Origin: a virus
Direction: 5' to 3' (one strand)
Virus record (IMG/VR): IMGVR_UViG_3300032304_003098
Coordinates: 1 to 64,000 of that record
DNA: 64,000 nucleotides
Shown: piece after piece, positions 47,801 to 58,267 of the stretch
Numbering within the stretch: the stretch's first letter is position 1
Layout: each line of letters starts with the position of its first letter
The notes under the pieces: model-generated
Seen by the model: the letters and a program-made list of their open reading frames with translations, nothing else
What the model was told of the DNA's origin: nothing
Databases searched by the model: none
Program-made: the position numbers and the translations under genes

Positions 47801-49519
47801 ATGAAACTAATTAATGAAGCTGAGATCTTCGATACCTGGTCGCCTATCATCGAGCAGAAAGCCGGTATCACTGATCCATCCAAAAAAGCGTGGTTGTCTA
47901 TATACTGCCACTATCACTCCCTCAACGAGTCTGCTGGTGCATACCAGTCTTTGAACGTCGTCAACGGTATGGGAGCCGTTGCACCTCCTGTTTTCCCAGC
48001 CTCAACTCAAGCTGGCTCTGTTGGTGGTTACGGGCCAAACCAAGGATTCTACAGCCAATCTTGGCAAGGATCTGGCGATAAGTTTCCTTCGCTTTTGCCT
48101 TTGGCTATTCAGGTAGCTGCAAAAACCGTAGGTTTCGATATTGTTCCAGTTATTCCAATGTCTGGTCCTTCCGGTGTTCTATCCTATCTGGACTATGTGT
48201 ATGCTGGCGGTAAGCTCAGCCCACAATCTACAGGTACCACTGCAGCCGATGCCTTGGCCGCAGCTCCTGCTATGATTAAGCTGCAAATTACTTCCTATGC
48301 TGGAGGATATCCTGGTAGTTTCGTAGTAGGTACAACTTATTTCATCACCAATGCTTCTTCAGCAGCTGAATATATCACCACTAAGTTTGTTGGTCTTTCA
48401 AGAATCGATGGTTTCCCAATCTTCGAAATTACTGCAATCACTGCAGGGGAATCTGTTGCATCTGTTATCAATGGAGGTGCTACCAAAGTCGGTACTGGAG
48501 TAGATGGAAGCCAAGCAGGAACCACTACTGCTTCGGCTTCTTTGGTTAAGGCACTTGAAGATCACATCCAAGGTTTCTCTGGAGCTGGTTTCTACGACAA
48601 CCAAGACTGGCAGGGTCCTTACGTTGATGGTACCAAGACGTACAACCCAATGCTTAGAAGCGTAGGTGAAGAAAACTACTACAACTTGATGGGTCTTTCG
48701 ACTTTCACAAAGTTTGTAGAAGCCGACACTTTCCAAGTAGCTGCTTCCGTCACCACGGAGCAAATCCAAGACCTTAATAAGCAGTTCGGTATCGATGTCA
48801 TTTCGATGATTGAGAACGCACTGGTCAATGAGGTTTCTCAGGCTATTAACAAGCACATTCTTGCCAGAGCTTTTGCTTTAGGCTGGTCTAACTGTGATAA
48901 CTTCAACACAGTAGAAGGTCAAAATTTGAACTTGAATCTGGTCATCGGTGGAACCGCTGGTTCTTACACCATTCCTTCTTATGTTGGAAAAACAGACCAG
49001 GCTTTGACCATGACTGGTACTGCAGGTCCTGCTTCTGGAACTTATGAGAACTTGTCAACTCTACAAAGAAGACTTTTCTCTCGTATCCTGGCAGCCGCTA
49101 ACGTAGTAGCTAACAGAGGTAGAAGAGGTCCTGCTAACTTCATTGTCACCAACGCAAACTTGGCTTCGGCAATGCAGGATATCAGCCAATTCACCTTTGC
49201 TCCTTTCACTAATACCTTGACTCAGAACAACGGTACTTTGTACCCAGTTGGTTCTTTGGCCGGTATGACAGTGTATGTGGACCAAAACATGAGGTACAAC
49301 GATACCAGAATCCTCGTTGGAAGAAAAGGTGGTGATGATGAGCCAGGTCTCAAATTCATGCCTTACATGATGGCAGAATCAATTCAGACAATCTCTGAAG
49401 GTACAATGTCTCCTAAAATCGCAGTTAAGTCTCGTTACGCTCTTGTAGAGGCTGGTTTCCACCCCGAAACCATGTATCTTTGCTTTAATGTTAACTTGCC
49501 TGCTGGCGGTCTGGTTTAA
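47801..49519 (+). CDS. Major capsid protein (T4 gp23-like)
   Basis: VPVIPMSGPSG, TEQIQDL..QFGID, RRGPANFIV, VYVD, FMPY, KSRYAL; LNE cleavage-like site. Confidence 0.95.
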   Translation: MKLINEAEIFDTWSPIIEQKAGITDPSKKAWLSIYCHYHSLNESAGAYQSLNVVNGMGAVAPPVFPASTQAGSVGGYGPNQGFYSQSWQGSGDKFPSLLPLAIQVAAKTVGFDIVPVIPMSGPSGVLSYLDYVYAGGKLSPQSTGTTAADALAAAPAMIKLQITSYAGGYPGSFVVGTTYFITNASSAAEYITTKFVGLSRIDGFPIFEITAITAGESVASVINGGATKVGTGVDGSQAGTTTASASLVKALEDHIQGFSGAGFYDNQDWQGPYVDGTKTYNPMLRSVGEENYYNLMGLSTFTKFVEADTFQVAASVTTEQIQDLNKQFGIDVISMIENALVNEVSQAINKHILARAFALGWSNCDNFNTVEGQNLNLNLVIGGTAGSYTIPSYVGKTDQALTMTGTAGPASGTYENLSTLQRRLFSRILAAANVVANRGRRGPANFIVTNANLASAMQDISQFTFAPFTNTLTQNNGTLYPVGSLAGMTVYVDQNMRYNDTRILVGRKGGDDEPGLKFMPYMMAESIQTISEGTMSPKIAVKSRYALVEAGFHPETMYLCFNVNLPAGGLV

Positions 49520-49537
49520 TTTTAACCAGCTAACACC

Positions 49538-49568
49538 AAAAACCCCGGGTTTCGACCTGGGGTTTTTT
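49538..49568 (+). terminator. Rho-independent terminator with UUCG loop
   Basis: aaaaaccccgggt-ttcg-acctggggtttttt after the capsid gene. Confidence 0.9.
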
Positions 49569-49611
49569 GTTGTAATAGAAAAGATATATAGATAAAAATA
49601 CACCCCAGATC

Positions 49612-50202
49612 ATGTCGAAAGTACAGGATTTCAATCATTTCGTCGATTCGCATTTCAAATCAAAATCGGGCAATTCACATCTTCAAGAAGGATTTATGGA
49701 TTCTTTGGCAAATGCAATCGATAGCCTTATGCCATTTTCAAAAACAAAAACAATCAATTCAGTCATTGATAATATGTTAGAGTATGAAAAGGACTTATTG
49801 AAGGCAAAATATGAACTTAAAAAAACTTTGAAATCCATGGAGTTAAAACTTCGAGAAATCAGAGGTAGAACCCCGGTTAATACAGAAGCAGTTGAATCTA
49901 TTAAAGAAGAAATTGAAGCCAAGACGAATGAATATAGAGCTATGGTTAAATCCAAAACCGTAGCTTTAGAAAAAGCCAAAGATTTGCTAAGAAGGGAAGG
50001 AGCTAAATCCCCTCGCTTAAAGGAAGTCATGAAAGCAAAAATGGCTGAATTGGAGATTGAATTAGCGGAATTTGAATATGAACAAGCTAAAAAGATTTCA
50101 GCAGAAGCTGGAGAAATACAAAATTTGAAAGATGCTCTAGAACAAGCTAAAAAAGAAGCTCAAGAAATGCTGAATAAGCTGAGCAATGCTCCAACCCCTT
50201 AA
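49612..50202 (+). CDS. Coiled-coil putative internal head protein
   Basis: MSKVQDFNHF...LQEG leader; GATATATA at 49583. Confidence 0.55.
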   Translation: MSKVQDFNHFVDSHFKSKSGNSHLQEGFMDSLANAIDSLMPFSKTKTINSVIDNMLEYEKDLLKAKYELKKTLKSMELKLREIRGRTPVNTEAVESIKEEIEAKTNEYRAMVKSKTVALEKAKDLLRREGAKSPRLKEVMKAKMAELEIELAEFEYEQAKKISAEAGEIQNLKDALEQAKKEAQEMLNKLSNAPTP

Positions 50203-50215
50203 AATAATCCAAGCG

Positions 50216-51127
50216 ATGCTTTATAATTTTAAACAGTGGGACCATTACAATTCTCTGAATGAGGGTAAATCAATGAAAGATATTTTGAATTGGTTTGGTT
50301 CTTTTTTCGGAGGATCCCTGTCCAAGATAGATTCTTATTTGGAAGATATAGTTCAGATTGAAGAAGATTACATCAAAGAATGGGATAAAGTTGTCACAGA
50401 AATTGATTCTTTACAGGTTCAAAAAGCCCAGATATCTAACGACCCAGCCGAATCTAGAAAATTGGACAGAATGATTGAAAGGAATGAAAGACTTCTCAAT
50501 TCCATGCTCAGTAAAAAGAACTCTTCCGTGATGGAGCTAGAAGAAAAGGTGAAAAAAATTGTGGACAAAGATTCCAAATTGGTGTCCTATTGGAATTTGA
50601 AAAAAACTGAGGCGGAAAAAGAAATTGCTGAGAGATTATATGATGTTGCTAAGAAACTCACAGATCCTGATTTGGGTGAAGAATTGTATGATAAATATAA
50701 ACAGGCAGCTTTAATAGCAAAACAAAAAGATGAAGATTTCAGAAAGAAATATGGCGACATGAAATTGCCTTCTTCGTCTCTTGTTTCATCCTCTACTACC
50801 AAAAAATCTCCGAAATACTATGGACAGTCAAAATTATCTAAGGATTCTCTAAATAAAATCATGTCCTATTCTGGCTCTGAATTTGAAAAATATGCAGAGA
50901 AATTGAGTAAAGAAGATGCAAAGGATTTGATTCGGGAATTAACTAGGGTTAAAAATGAGATGTGTGCACTCAGAGATTTAGATTTGGAAAAATTCGAGGA
51001 TGAAGCTAAAAGAAAAGGCATGAGTGAAGTCCAAATGAAAAAAGAAATCAGGGACCTTAGAAATTACCACACCAACAAAATAGGAGATCTTAGAACGAAA
51101 ATAACGTTAGCAAGAAGATATGACTAA
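50216..51127 (+). CDS. Coiled-coil putative internal head protein, loosely similar to the preceding gene
   Basis: MLYNFKQW...LNEG leader. Confidence 0.55.
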   Translation: MLYNFKQWDHYNSLNEGKSMKDILNWFGSFFGGSLSKIDSYLEDIVQIEEDYIKEWDKVVTEIDSLQVQKAQISNDPAESRKLDRMIERNERLLNSMLSKKNSSVMELEEKVKKIVDKDSKLVSYWNLKKTEAEKEIAERLYDVAKKLTDPDLGEELYDKYKQAALIAKQKDEDFRKKYGDMKLPSSSLVSSSTTKKSPKYYGQSKLSKDSLNKIMSYSGSEFEKYAEKLSKEDAKDLIRELTRVKNEMCALRDLDLEKFEDEAKRKGMSEVQMKKEIRDLRNYHTNKIGDLRTKITLARRYD

Positions 51128-51389
51128 AATTCTTTTGGATTTAAACGATTTTCAACTCAACGAGGATGTAAATTCCGATCTGGTTAATGCAAAAAAAGCG
51201 GTCAATGACCAATTACAAGCAATTAGAGATGAGATCCAAAATGAAAAAAAACAAACAGAAGTAGCACAAAAATCTGCCAGTTTAAAAAAACAGGCAACTT
51301 TATACTCTGCTTTACCCGCCATGTTGAACAAACTGGCTACGGCGATGGAAGCAAAAGATAAATCTGGGGATAAAACAAACATATACTAG
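51120..51389 (+). CDS. Small putative internal head protein
   Basis: LLDLNDFQLNED leader. Confidence 0.55.
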   Translation: MTKILLDLNDFQLNEDVNSDLVNAKKAVNDQLQAIRDEIQNEKKQTEVAQKSASLKKQATLYSALPAMLNKLATAMEAKDKSGDKTNIY

Positions 51390-51391
51390 AA

Positions 51392-53854
51392 ATGCATAAT
51401 TATTTCACACACAATCCAGCTGCTAAAGCTATCATCACAAATTTTATGAATTTGAATGAAAACGCTTCGGTGGACAATCTTCTCAAACGGGCCACCGAAA
51501 TTAGTCTTGATACTTTCAAGAAAATTGTTTTTGATCTGGCTTCTCATGATAACCGTAACCCTGATGTTTTAAGAGCTATGTTGTTGGACGTTGCCTCTGC
51601 TAAAACTGTCAAAAGTCTGGTGGCCAAATTTAAAGACTATGCCGGTGAAGCGGAACTAGGTGATGCTAGATTCTCCAAAGTTAAAAATATGTACATTAAC
51701 GCCTTAAATTCTTTGGGTGATGCACTTAAAAGACTTGTTGAGGTCGATTCCAAGTTGGAAGATGGAATTATTAATACCTTCAAAATTTCGGCCAATAGAT
51801 TGATTTCATCTTTAGATTCTATTGCTGTTAATTATTCTAAGAAACAAACCGCCAATGAAAATTTGAGTTTAGGTTTTGGTCTTGAAGAGATCAACGAATC
51901 TTTGTTCATTGGATTTAAAGGTAGAATCGAAAAACTAAGAAAGAAGCTGGTAAATCTAATTTCCGATTCTAAAGGTAAAGATGCCAAAAACGGTTATGGT
52001 AGAGATTGGCAAAGACTTTTCACTACTTTAGAACAAAAACTAGAAGCGATTGAAAATTCTAAAGATTTAACCGGAGAAAGAGACAGAAAAACTTTAGGCG
52101 AGTTGGAAAAACAGGCGGATTCTTTATCTGAAGAATATTACAATTATAAGATTAAAGCTGCGGAGATGAGCATGAAAAAAATCATCGAAGACGATGAGCT
52201 TATTACCAAGTATTCTGATGTGACTGAGATTATTACTGCTGCTTTGGATATGATAGCTAAAGCAAATGTGCAAGAATTGTTAATTGATAAAACTTTGCGG
52301 GAGGAGATGGATGAGATGGAACAAAAAGTTATTCAAAAGGTTTTCCCCATTAAGATAGGGGCGAAGGATACAGATTTAAAATTTAAGAAGTCTGGTATCA
52401 CAGCTGCAGTGCAAAAATCTTTGATGGCAGCTTTCCCTCCATTCAAAACTTTTTTGCAAAAACACGGGGGAGCAGACGGTAAATATGGACCTGCAACCTC
52501 AGCCTGTATTAAATCTATCCAGTCTCTACTGGGCAACAAAAACGCCAATGGTGAATTAGACAAACCTTTGTTTGATTCATTTTTAAAAATGGAACAAATT
52601 TCATCCGAAAACAAAAAAGCATTGACTAAGGCTTTGGATGTTTTGAAAAAAACATACGCTATGTCTGAATCAGAAGTTGTTGGAATAAATCAATTTTCAA
52701 AGATGTTTGAGGCCATTTTTATCGATGACGATGATTTGGAAAGAGAACTTGAAAAAAACACGGCAGAATTAGCCAAAATGCCAGATTCCGGGACAAGAGC
52801 AGAAAAAGAAGAAAAAACCACTGCTGATTCTAAATTGGCCAAAAATTTGGCCAAAAATTTAAGAAAGGGTTACAATAGAAATGCGGAGGAAGAGGATTTC
52901 TTAAAAGAGGATGGAACCTTGAAAAGTTCTTATCCAACCGAATTTGTCGAGGCCTGGTTGAAAACTTTAGAAGAAAATTCACGGGAATCGGACAAACCAG
53001 CCTTTTTTTGGATGCAGGGTTCTGACGAGAAAACGGGAGCTCTCTACTCGACCAAAAGATTGGCTGGAAATTACAAAAAACCTTATAATTGGTCCAAGTG
53101 GAAAGAATTTTCTGGTGGTGACACCCCACAAGACAGAGATTCTTTTGCCAAATGGTATACTGGATATTTCTCTAAGTTTGGTGGAATTCAGGACGACCAA
53201 AGAGAAAAAGTAATTAGTGAAATTTTAAACTTTTACTCCAATCCCAAAAACTCCTCCGGGGTTAATCCCAAATTAGCGGAATCTTTTAACTCTTGTGCTA
53301 GCTTTTATGATGATATCAAAGATGCATTGAAGAGTGGAAAATCCTCCCCTGATGCGGAAACCTATGAATATTTTAAACAGGGTTATTTAACTACTGAAGC
53401 TCTGCAAAAAATTGTAGCTGCTGCATCGAGAGCTGCACAAATTGACGATGAAGAACCGGACTTAGATTTTTATGATTTTCTGATGTTAGCAGTTTGTGTT
53501 TTTTTATGTGGTTCCACTTTAGCGTGGAATTCAGAAAAGAAAAAGTGGGATTCTTCCCTTTCCATTCTGAAAGATAAAGTTTTGAAGGAAGGGGTTCTCA
53601 ACAGAATCATGGAAAATAAGGTGGTTGAAAATGATCCTAAGGCTTTAATTCCATCTCTAAATAAAGAGGGGGTTGAAATTTTGAACAAAGGCTATGAAGG
53701 TAATTCCAAAAGAATTTTCAAAGAAAATTTAGAAAGAGCTTCATCTGTACTGGAACCTTTAATTCAGAGACATGCAGACAGAATCAATTACAAAACAAAG
53801 GAAGACATTAAGACTTTCGATTCGAAAAATGTTTTTGTTGTTAATTTAGATTGA
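51392..53854 (+). CDS. Large helical protein with a peptidoglycan-binding-like domain
   Basis: VQKSL...ADGKYGPATSACIKSIQ...NGELD; LNE and INES sites. Confidence 0.6.
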   Translation: MHNYFTHNPAAKAIITNFMNLNENASVDNLLKRATEISLDTFKKIVFDLASHDNRNPDVLRAMLLDVASAKTVKSLVAKFKDYAGEAELGDARFSKVKNMYINALNSLGDALKRLVEVDSKLEDGIINTFKISANRLISSLDSIAVNYSKKQTANENLSLGFGLEEINESLFIGFKGRIEKLRKKLVNLISDSKGKDAKNGYGRDWQRLFTTLEQKLEAIENSKDLTGERDRKTLGELEKQADSLSEEYYNYKIKAAEMSMKKIIEDDELITKYSDVTEIITAALDMIAKANVQELLIDKTLREEMDEMEQKVIQKVFPIKIGAKDTDLKFKKSGITAAVQKSLMAAFPPFKTFLQKHGGADGKYGPATSACIKSIQSLLGNKNANGELDKPLFDSFLKMEQISSENKKALTKALDVLKKTYAMSESEVVGINQFSKMFEAIFIDDDDLERELEKNTAELAKMPDSGTRAEKEEKTTADSKLAKNLAKNLRKGYNRNAEEEDFLKEDGTLKSSYPTEFVEAWLKTLEENSRESDKPAFFWMQGSDEKTGALYSTKRLAGNYKKPYNWSKWKEFSGGDTPQDRDSFAKWYTGYFSKFGGIQDDQREKVISEILNFYSNPKNSSGVNPKLAESFNSCASFYDDIKDALKSGKSSPDAETYEYFKQGYLTTEALQKIVAAASRAAQIDDEEPDLDFYDFLMLAVCVFLCGSTLAWNSEKKKWDSSLSILKDKVLKEGVLNRIMENKVVENDPKALIPSLNKEGVEILNKGYEGNSKRIFKENLERASSVLEPLIQRHADRINYKTKEDIKTFDSKNVFVVNLD

Positions 53855-53905
53855 GTGTTATAGAATGTTATTTTTTTCTTAAATTTGGACATTAAATCAA
53901 ATGTC

Positions 53906-54265
53906 ATGAACAAATTAATTTTGTTTTGGTGTACGATTCTGCTTCTTTCGTGTCAGAATAAACAAACCATTAGTCCAATCGATCCCGGATTTACTAAATC
54001 TGAAATTAACGAGCAGATCATAAAACCAGCTTTACAACAAGGTAATCTTTTAAAAGATAAACCCCTCTCCCTCAAAATCAATAAGACTTTAGCAAAATTT
54101 AGAGCCCAATACCCGACAGAATATATGAAATTTGGTCAGGTGGATGGTGATATTGAAAGAGCAAATTTTCTAAAGGGTAACAGAAAATTCAAAAAAATTT
54201 GGAAAAAATTGGGTTATTCCAAAAAGGAACTTATGCAGATTATTCACCTAAGAAGATGTGAATAA
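53906..54265 (+). CDS. Putative lipoprotein
   Basis: MNKLILFWCTILLLSC lipobox; TAAATTTG at 53880. Confidence 0.6.
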   Translation: MNKLILFWCTILLLSCQNKQTISPIDPGFTKSEINEQIIKPALQQGNLLKDKPLSLKINKTLAKFRAQYPTEYMKFGQVDGDIERANFLKGNRKFKKIWKKLGYSKKELMQIIHLRRCE

Positions 54266-54273
54266 ATTGATAA

Positions 54274-55137
54274 ATGTTCAAACAATCTATTTATTTGTTG
54301 TTGTTTCACACGGAGGGGTTTCCACACGACGAAGGGTTTGATATTTCTAAATCTGCCCAAGACGTGGAAAAAGCTTTAAGTGGAGTTTTTACCGATATTC
54401 TAATTTATACACCACGTAAGTTGAAACAACTTCCTGGATCAGAAAATTTTTGTAATTTTCACGAAGGTGAATTTTCTTTGAATCCTGGGTTAAATCAAAT
54501 AGGGTGTGGGGATTTTAAATCGTTTTTAATTGAACATACACTGAATGAAATCCCACCAAACTCTTTATTGATTTATCACGACTGTAACTTTGAAAAATAT
54601 GTCCAGTATTGGCAAACTGATTGGTCAGATTTGGAAAATATTTGTGATTATTTTTTGGATCAAAACTTTTCTGATTTTTTTATCCCTTTTGAGGAAAGAG
54701 ATCATGCAGGAAATTATCCTAAGGTTAAACATTTTGGAAAAAGATACACAACTCAGTATTTTTTTACAGATCAGGAATTGGTTAGAATTTTAGAAGAATC
54801 CCCTATGCTGGGATCTTCTAGAATGATTATTAGAAACACTCCTGCCTCAAGAGAGTTTTTCTCTGATTTTAGAAAATTCAACGAGAAAAAGGACCTTTTA
54901 ACTAAATGGCCAAATGCAGATCCGCATCCAGAATTCATTCATTCGTGTCCAGAACAACACATATTAAATTTGTTGGTGTTTAAATACATCACAGAAGGTA
55001 AACTTCATCCGTACTTTCCAAGATTTAGATTTTGCCATAGAAGGATGAGAATCGATGAATATTTAGAATCCTATAAAAATGAAAATCTATTTAATTATCT
55101 AAAAAAAATTCAAACTATCCATGATTACAATTTTTGA
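54274..55137 (+). CDS. Possible nucleotide-diphospho-sugar transferase-like protein
   Basis: LIYHDC and HPEFIH..EQHILNLL resemble GT-A-like viral proteins; weak match. Confidence 0.35.
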   Translation: MFKQSIYLLLFHTEGFPHDEGFDISKSAQDVEKALSGVFTDILIYTPRKLKQLPGSENFCNFHEGEFSLNPGLNQIGCGDFKSFLIEHTLNEIPPNSLLIYHDCNFEKYVQYWQTDWSDLENICDYFLDQNFSDFFIPFEERDHAGNYPKVKHFGKRYTTQYFFTDQELVRILEESPMLGSSRMIIRNTPASREFFSDFRKFNEKKDLLTKWPNADPHPEFIHSCPEQHILNLLVFKYITEGKLHPYFPRFRFCHRRMRIDEYLESYKNENLFNYLKKIQTIHDYNF

Positions 55138-55663
55138 AGGTGCCAGGAACTCGGGAAAAACCTTTCTTGCCAACTCTTATGCCAAACAAACTAACCTCCC
55201 TATTTACAAATTTGAATTTTCAGGTTGGTTTTCTGAATTAATGATTCCAGATGATGATCCTGTAACTCACTATTTTGCTTTGGGCAAAGAGGCCATGCTA
55301 CTACAACTAAACAGAGATGGATTTTTATCTGATTTTATTTTGGATCGGGGATTTCTCACAGTTTTAACTTGGGGAATTATTAGTGACCGGATTACTCATC
55401 AACTGGCTTTACAACAGCTCAATCTCTTCAGAGATAAAGGTTTATTGGGCAATTTGAAAATTATTTTAGTCGAAGGTACAAATCCTTCATCTGAAGCCCG
55501 AAATAAAGATTTGTGGGATTTTAGAGAAAATACCTCGCAGGAAAAAGAAACTTTACTTAATTTGGTTTCAACACTTCAATTAATTGAACCAGATATACAA
55601 ATTGTGAAACTTACCAATGATTTTACAGATAAGACATCAAGTAATTTAACCGAATTAATTTGA
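55121..55663 (+). CDS. P-loop nucleoside monophosphate kinase (thymidylate kinase-like)
   Basis: IFEGARNSGKT, ILDRG. Confidence 0.75.
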   Translation: MITIFEGARNSGKTFLANSYAKQTNLPIYKFEFSGWFSELMIPDDDPVTHYFALGKEAMLLQLNRDGFLSDFILDRGFLTVLTWGIISDRITHQLALQQLNLFRDKGLLGNLKIILVEGTNPSSEARNKDLWDFRENTSQEKETLLNLVSTLQLIEPDIQIVKLTNDFTDKTSSNLTELI

Positions 55664-55664
55664 T

Positions 55665-57074
55665 ATGTGTGGAATCTTCATAAACATAGACGGAGAAAAA
55701 GAAAGATTAAATTCTTTGTCCCACAGAGGCATCGAATCTAATACTATCGAAAGAGAGGGAATCTATTTATGTCATACTAGACTTCCCATCCAAACAGAAG
55801 AGGGTGACGGATGGAAGCAACCAATTGAGATTTCACCTGGAATTTTTCTTTTGTACAACGGGGAAATCTTCAATTATGACACTTCTGTGTTTGGGTCTGA
55901 TATCGAATATTTATGTCACATTTTCTCTTCTTGGAAAGGAGGTTCTTTCGAAATGTTTTGTTCAATGTTTATGCCTAGGGTCCAAACATGGGATGGTTTT
56001 TGGGCTTTAGCTATCTATGATGCTAAAAATAAAGATGTTATCTGTTTCACGGATCCTTTGGGAAAAAAATGTCTTTATGTAAATGAAGATGGAGAATTAG
56101 CCTCGGAAATTAAATCCGTTAAACATTGGTTTAGCCCTAAAGATTCTCATTTTATTTCTACTGTTAGAAAATTTGGCTATGTGACCGACGATTCCACTTC
56201 ATATTTGGATGTGAAAAGAATTTTACCAAACACAATCTACCATTATAATCTGAATTCTCCAAGTTTTAAAACCACTTATGCTAATTATTATCAGGGTTTC
56301 AATTTCCCCATCGAAAATTTAGCTTCTGGAGATTATGAAGCCCATATGGAGTGGCTGTGGGCAAAACTTTTTGAATCTGTCCGAAACAGATTAATTTCTA
56401 AAAACTACCCTATTTCCCTTTTGGTATCTGGAGGTTTAGATTCCTCAATTATTGCTGGAATTTTGAAAGAGCTAGCACCAGAGGTAAAATGGTTTTCTAT
56501 TGAAAATGGAGAATCTGAATATGTTAATATTTTATCCAGATTTCATCAAAAGACGGTGAATTTTCTAGATTACAAAATGGATGAATTGCAAATTAAAAAA
56601 ATCTATCAAGATTGGAATGAAAGTCCTATTGATTTAGGATCTGTAGTTCCTCAATACTTCCTTTTTGAATCTGTTAAAAAATATGGTGAATCTAGAATTG
56701 TTTTGAGTGGGGATGGAGCTGATGAGCTTTTTGGGGGTTACTCTAGAATTCATGAATATGATTCCCAATTTTCGGATGTTTTCGATGAGTTGAGATTTTA
56801 TCATTTACCTAGATTAGATAAGCTTTCTATGGCACACACCTTAGAACTTAGAAATCCTTTCCTCAATTTGGATTTAGTACGGTTTGCCCTTCATCTTCCT
56901 AGAGAATGGAGAACCGATAAAAAAATTCTAAAAGACACATTTGGTCCCTTACTGCCTGTAGAAATTGTAAATAGACCGAAGGAGGCACTGAAGAACCCCA
57001 AAATCAAAGAAAACAAATTAAAATACCGTCAGCATGCGGTAGATCTTTTTTTAGATCCCGAATCAAACCAATGA
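55665..57074 (+). CDS. asnB: Asparagine synthetase B-like amidotransferase
   Basis: N-terminal CGI, HRG, NGEIFNY, SGGLDSS, SGDGADELFGGY, LELRNPFL. Confidence 0.9.
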   Translation: MCGIFINIDGEKERLNSLSHRGIESNTIEREGIYLCHTRLPIQTEEGDGWKQPIEISPGIFLLYNGEIFNYDTSVFGSDIEYLCHIFSSWKGGSFEMFCSMFMPRVQTWDGFWALAIYDAKNKDVICFTDPLGKKCLYVNEDGELASEIKSVKHWFSPKDSHFISTVRKFGYVTDDSTSYLDVKRILPNTIYHYNLNSPSFKTTYANYYQGFNFPIENLASGDYEAHMEWLWAKLFESVRNRLISKNYPISLLVSGGLDSSIIAGILKELAPEVKWFSIENGESEYVNILSRFHQKTVNFLDYKMDELQIKKIYQDWNESPIDLGSVVPQYFLFESVKKYGESRIVLSGDGADELFGGYSRIHEYDSQFSDVFDELRFYHLPRLDKLSMAHTLELRNPFLNLDLVRFALHLPREWRTDKKILKDTFGPLLPVEIVNRPKEALKNPKIKENKLKYRQHAVDLFLDPESNQ

Positions 57075-57115
57075 TTTCAAAAAGGAAAGTAGATATATAG
57101 AAAAAAGTCTACTCG

Positions 57116-57838
57116 ATGAAAATCCAGAAAGTCCAAAATTTTGACCAGTTTACATCCCAAAAAATTGAAGAAGCTAATGATTCGTTTTTCTCTTTTGATT
57201 TTTTAGGTAATCTTTTTAACAAAGGGTTTGATGCTTTCACTGACGTTTTAAAGAACAAAGTTATAGCCCATCTTCTGGAATATTTAGGCATAGGCGAAGG
57301 CACAATTTTAAGTAAACTTGTTCAAAACTTCGTTGAACAAATTGAGGTTAAAGATTATTACGCTATTCTATTTAAATCGAAGATGAATGCTCGATATCTT
57401 GCCCCAAAAGCTGCTAATGCTACCATGGAGTTTTTAGTTGAAAATGGATTTAATGATGTAGCCAAAGCCTTGGGTGTAACTGATACTAATGGTTATATTT
57501 ACAGAACAATACAAGAAGGATTGGTAAATGAGGTTACACGAAAAGATTTTGCTAAAAGATTGGAGTCTTTTTATCTGATGTTATTTGGCGGAGTTCCTGA
57601 ACAATCTGTAGAGATCTTTCAAAAATCTCTTAAGCCTGAAGAAAAAGCAAAATTACAAAACGACCTGGTCACAAAAGCAAAATCTGCGGGGATCAAAGCA
57701 GAAAAACCAGAAGAAAAAAATGCTATGCTGACCAACTTTTTTGCAAATATAGGATCTCTAAATCAAGCCAATCCAACCCAGATCGCAACTACCGCTGGAG
57801 AAGATTTATTCACGAGCTTAATCCAGCCTACAAAATAA
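57116..57838 (+). CDS. Putative internal head protein
   Basis: VQNFDQF...IEEA leader; GATATATA at 57092. Confidence 0.55.
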   Translation: MKIQKVQNFDQFTSQKIEEANDSFFSFDFLGNLFNKGFDAFTDVLKNKVIAHLLEYLGIGEGTILSKLVQNFVEQIEVKDYYAILFKSKMNARYLAPKAANATMEFLVENGFNDVAKALGVTDTNGYIYRTIQEGLVNEVTRKDFAKRLESFYLMLFGGVPEQSVEIFQKSLKPEEKAKLQNDLVTKAKSAGIKAEKPEEKNAMLTNFFANIGSLNQANPTQIATTAGEDLFTSLIQPTK

Positions 57839-57846
57839 AATTCAAG

Positions 57847-58191
57847 ATGAATATAAACGATGTATCCAAAAGGGAAATTTTAGATTTCAAAGATTTTTTG
57901 GGCAAGGTTATGGATAATACCTTTAAACCTTTAGCTGCTGAAAATCAAAAAGACAGCTATGATCGCACAGGATTTCATAAAATTAAAAGAGAGCCTGCCT
58001 ATGATTTTGTAGGTTATGCTGATGCAGTCTTTTCACCGGAAAGGGCAGGAATCGGCCTGCCTGGTTACAATGCAGGAGGCAACAGACAATATATTAATGC
58101 TATCGGTGGTCCAGGATTAGTCCAAACCTCTGCTACCAATGAATCTGAAAGTGTGGACCAAACTAAAATTAAAAGATTGTCAGATTTTTAA
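57847..58191 (+). CDS. Small hypothetical late protein
   Basis: ILDFKDF; C-terminal TNES...IKRLSDF. Confidence 0.55.
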   Translation: MNINDVSKREILDFKDFLGKVMDNTFKPLAAENQKDSYDRTGFHKIKREPAYDFVGYADAVFSPERAGIGLPGYNAGGNRQYINAIGGPGLVQTSATNESESVDQTKIKRLSDF

Positions 58192-58210
58192 AATTCTGAT
58201 TTGTAAAATA

Positions 58211-58243
58211 AAAGGGACGGGATCGAAACTCGTCCTTTTTTTT
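58211..58243 (+). terminator. Rho-independent terminator overlapping a GAAAC-N16-GTATAA promoter motif
   Basis: aaagggacgg...tcgtcctttttttt. Confidence 0.75.
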
Positions 58244-58267
58244 GTGTATAACTTTTAAATTATTTGT

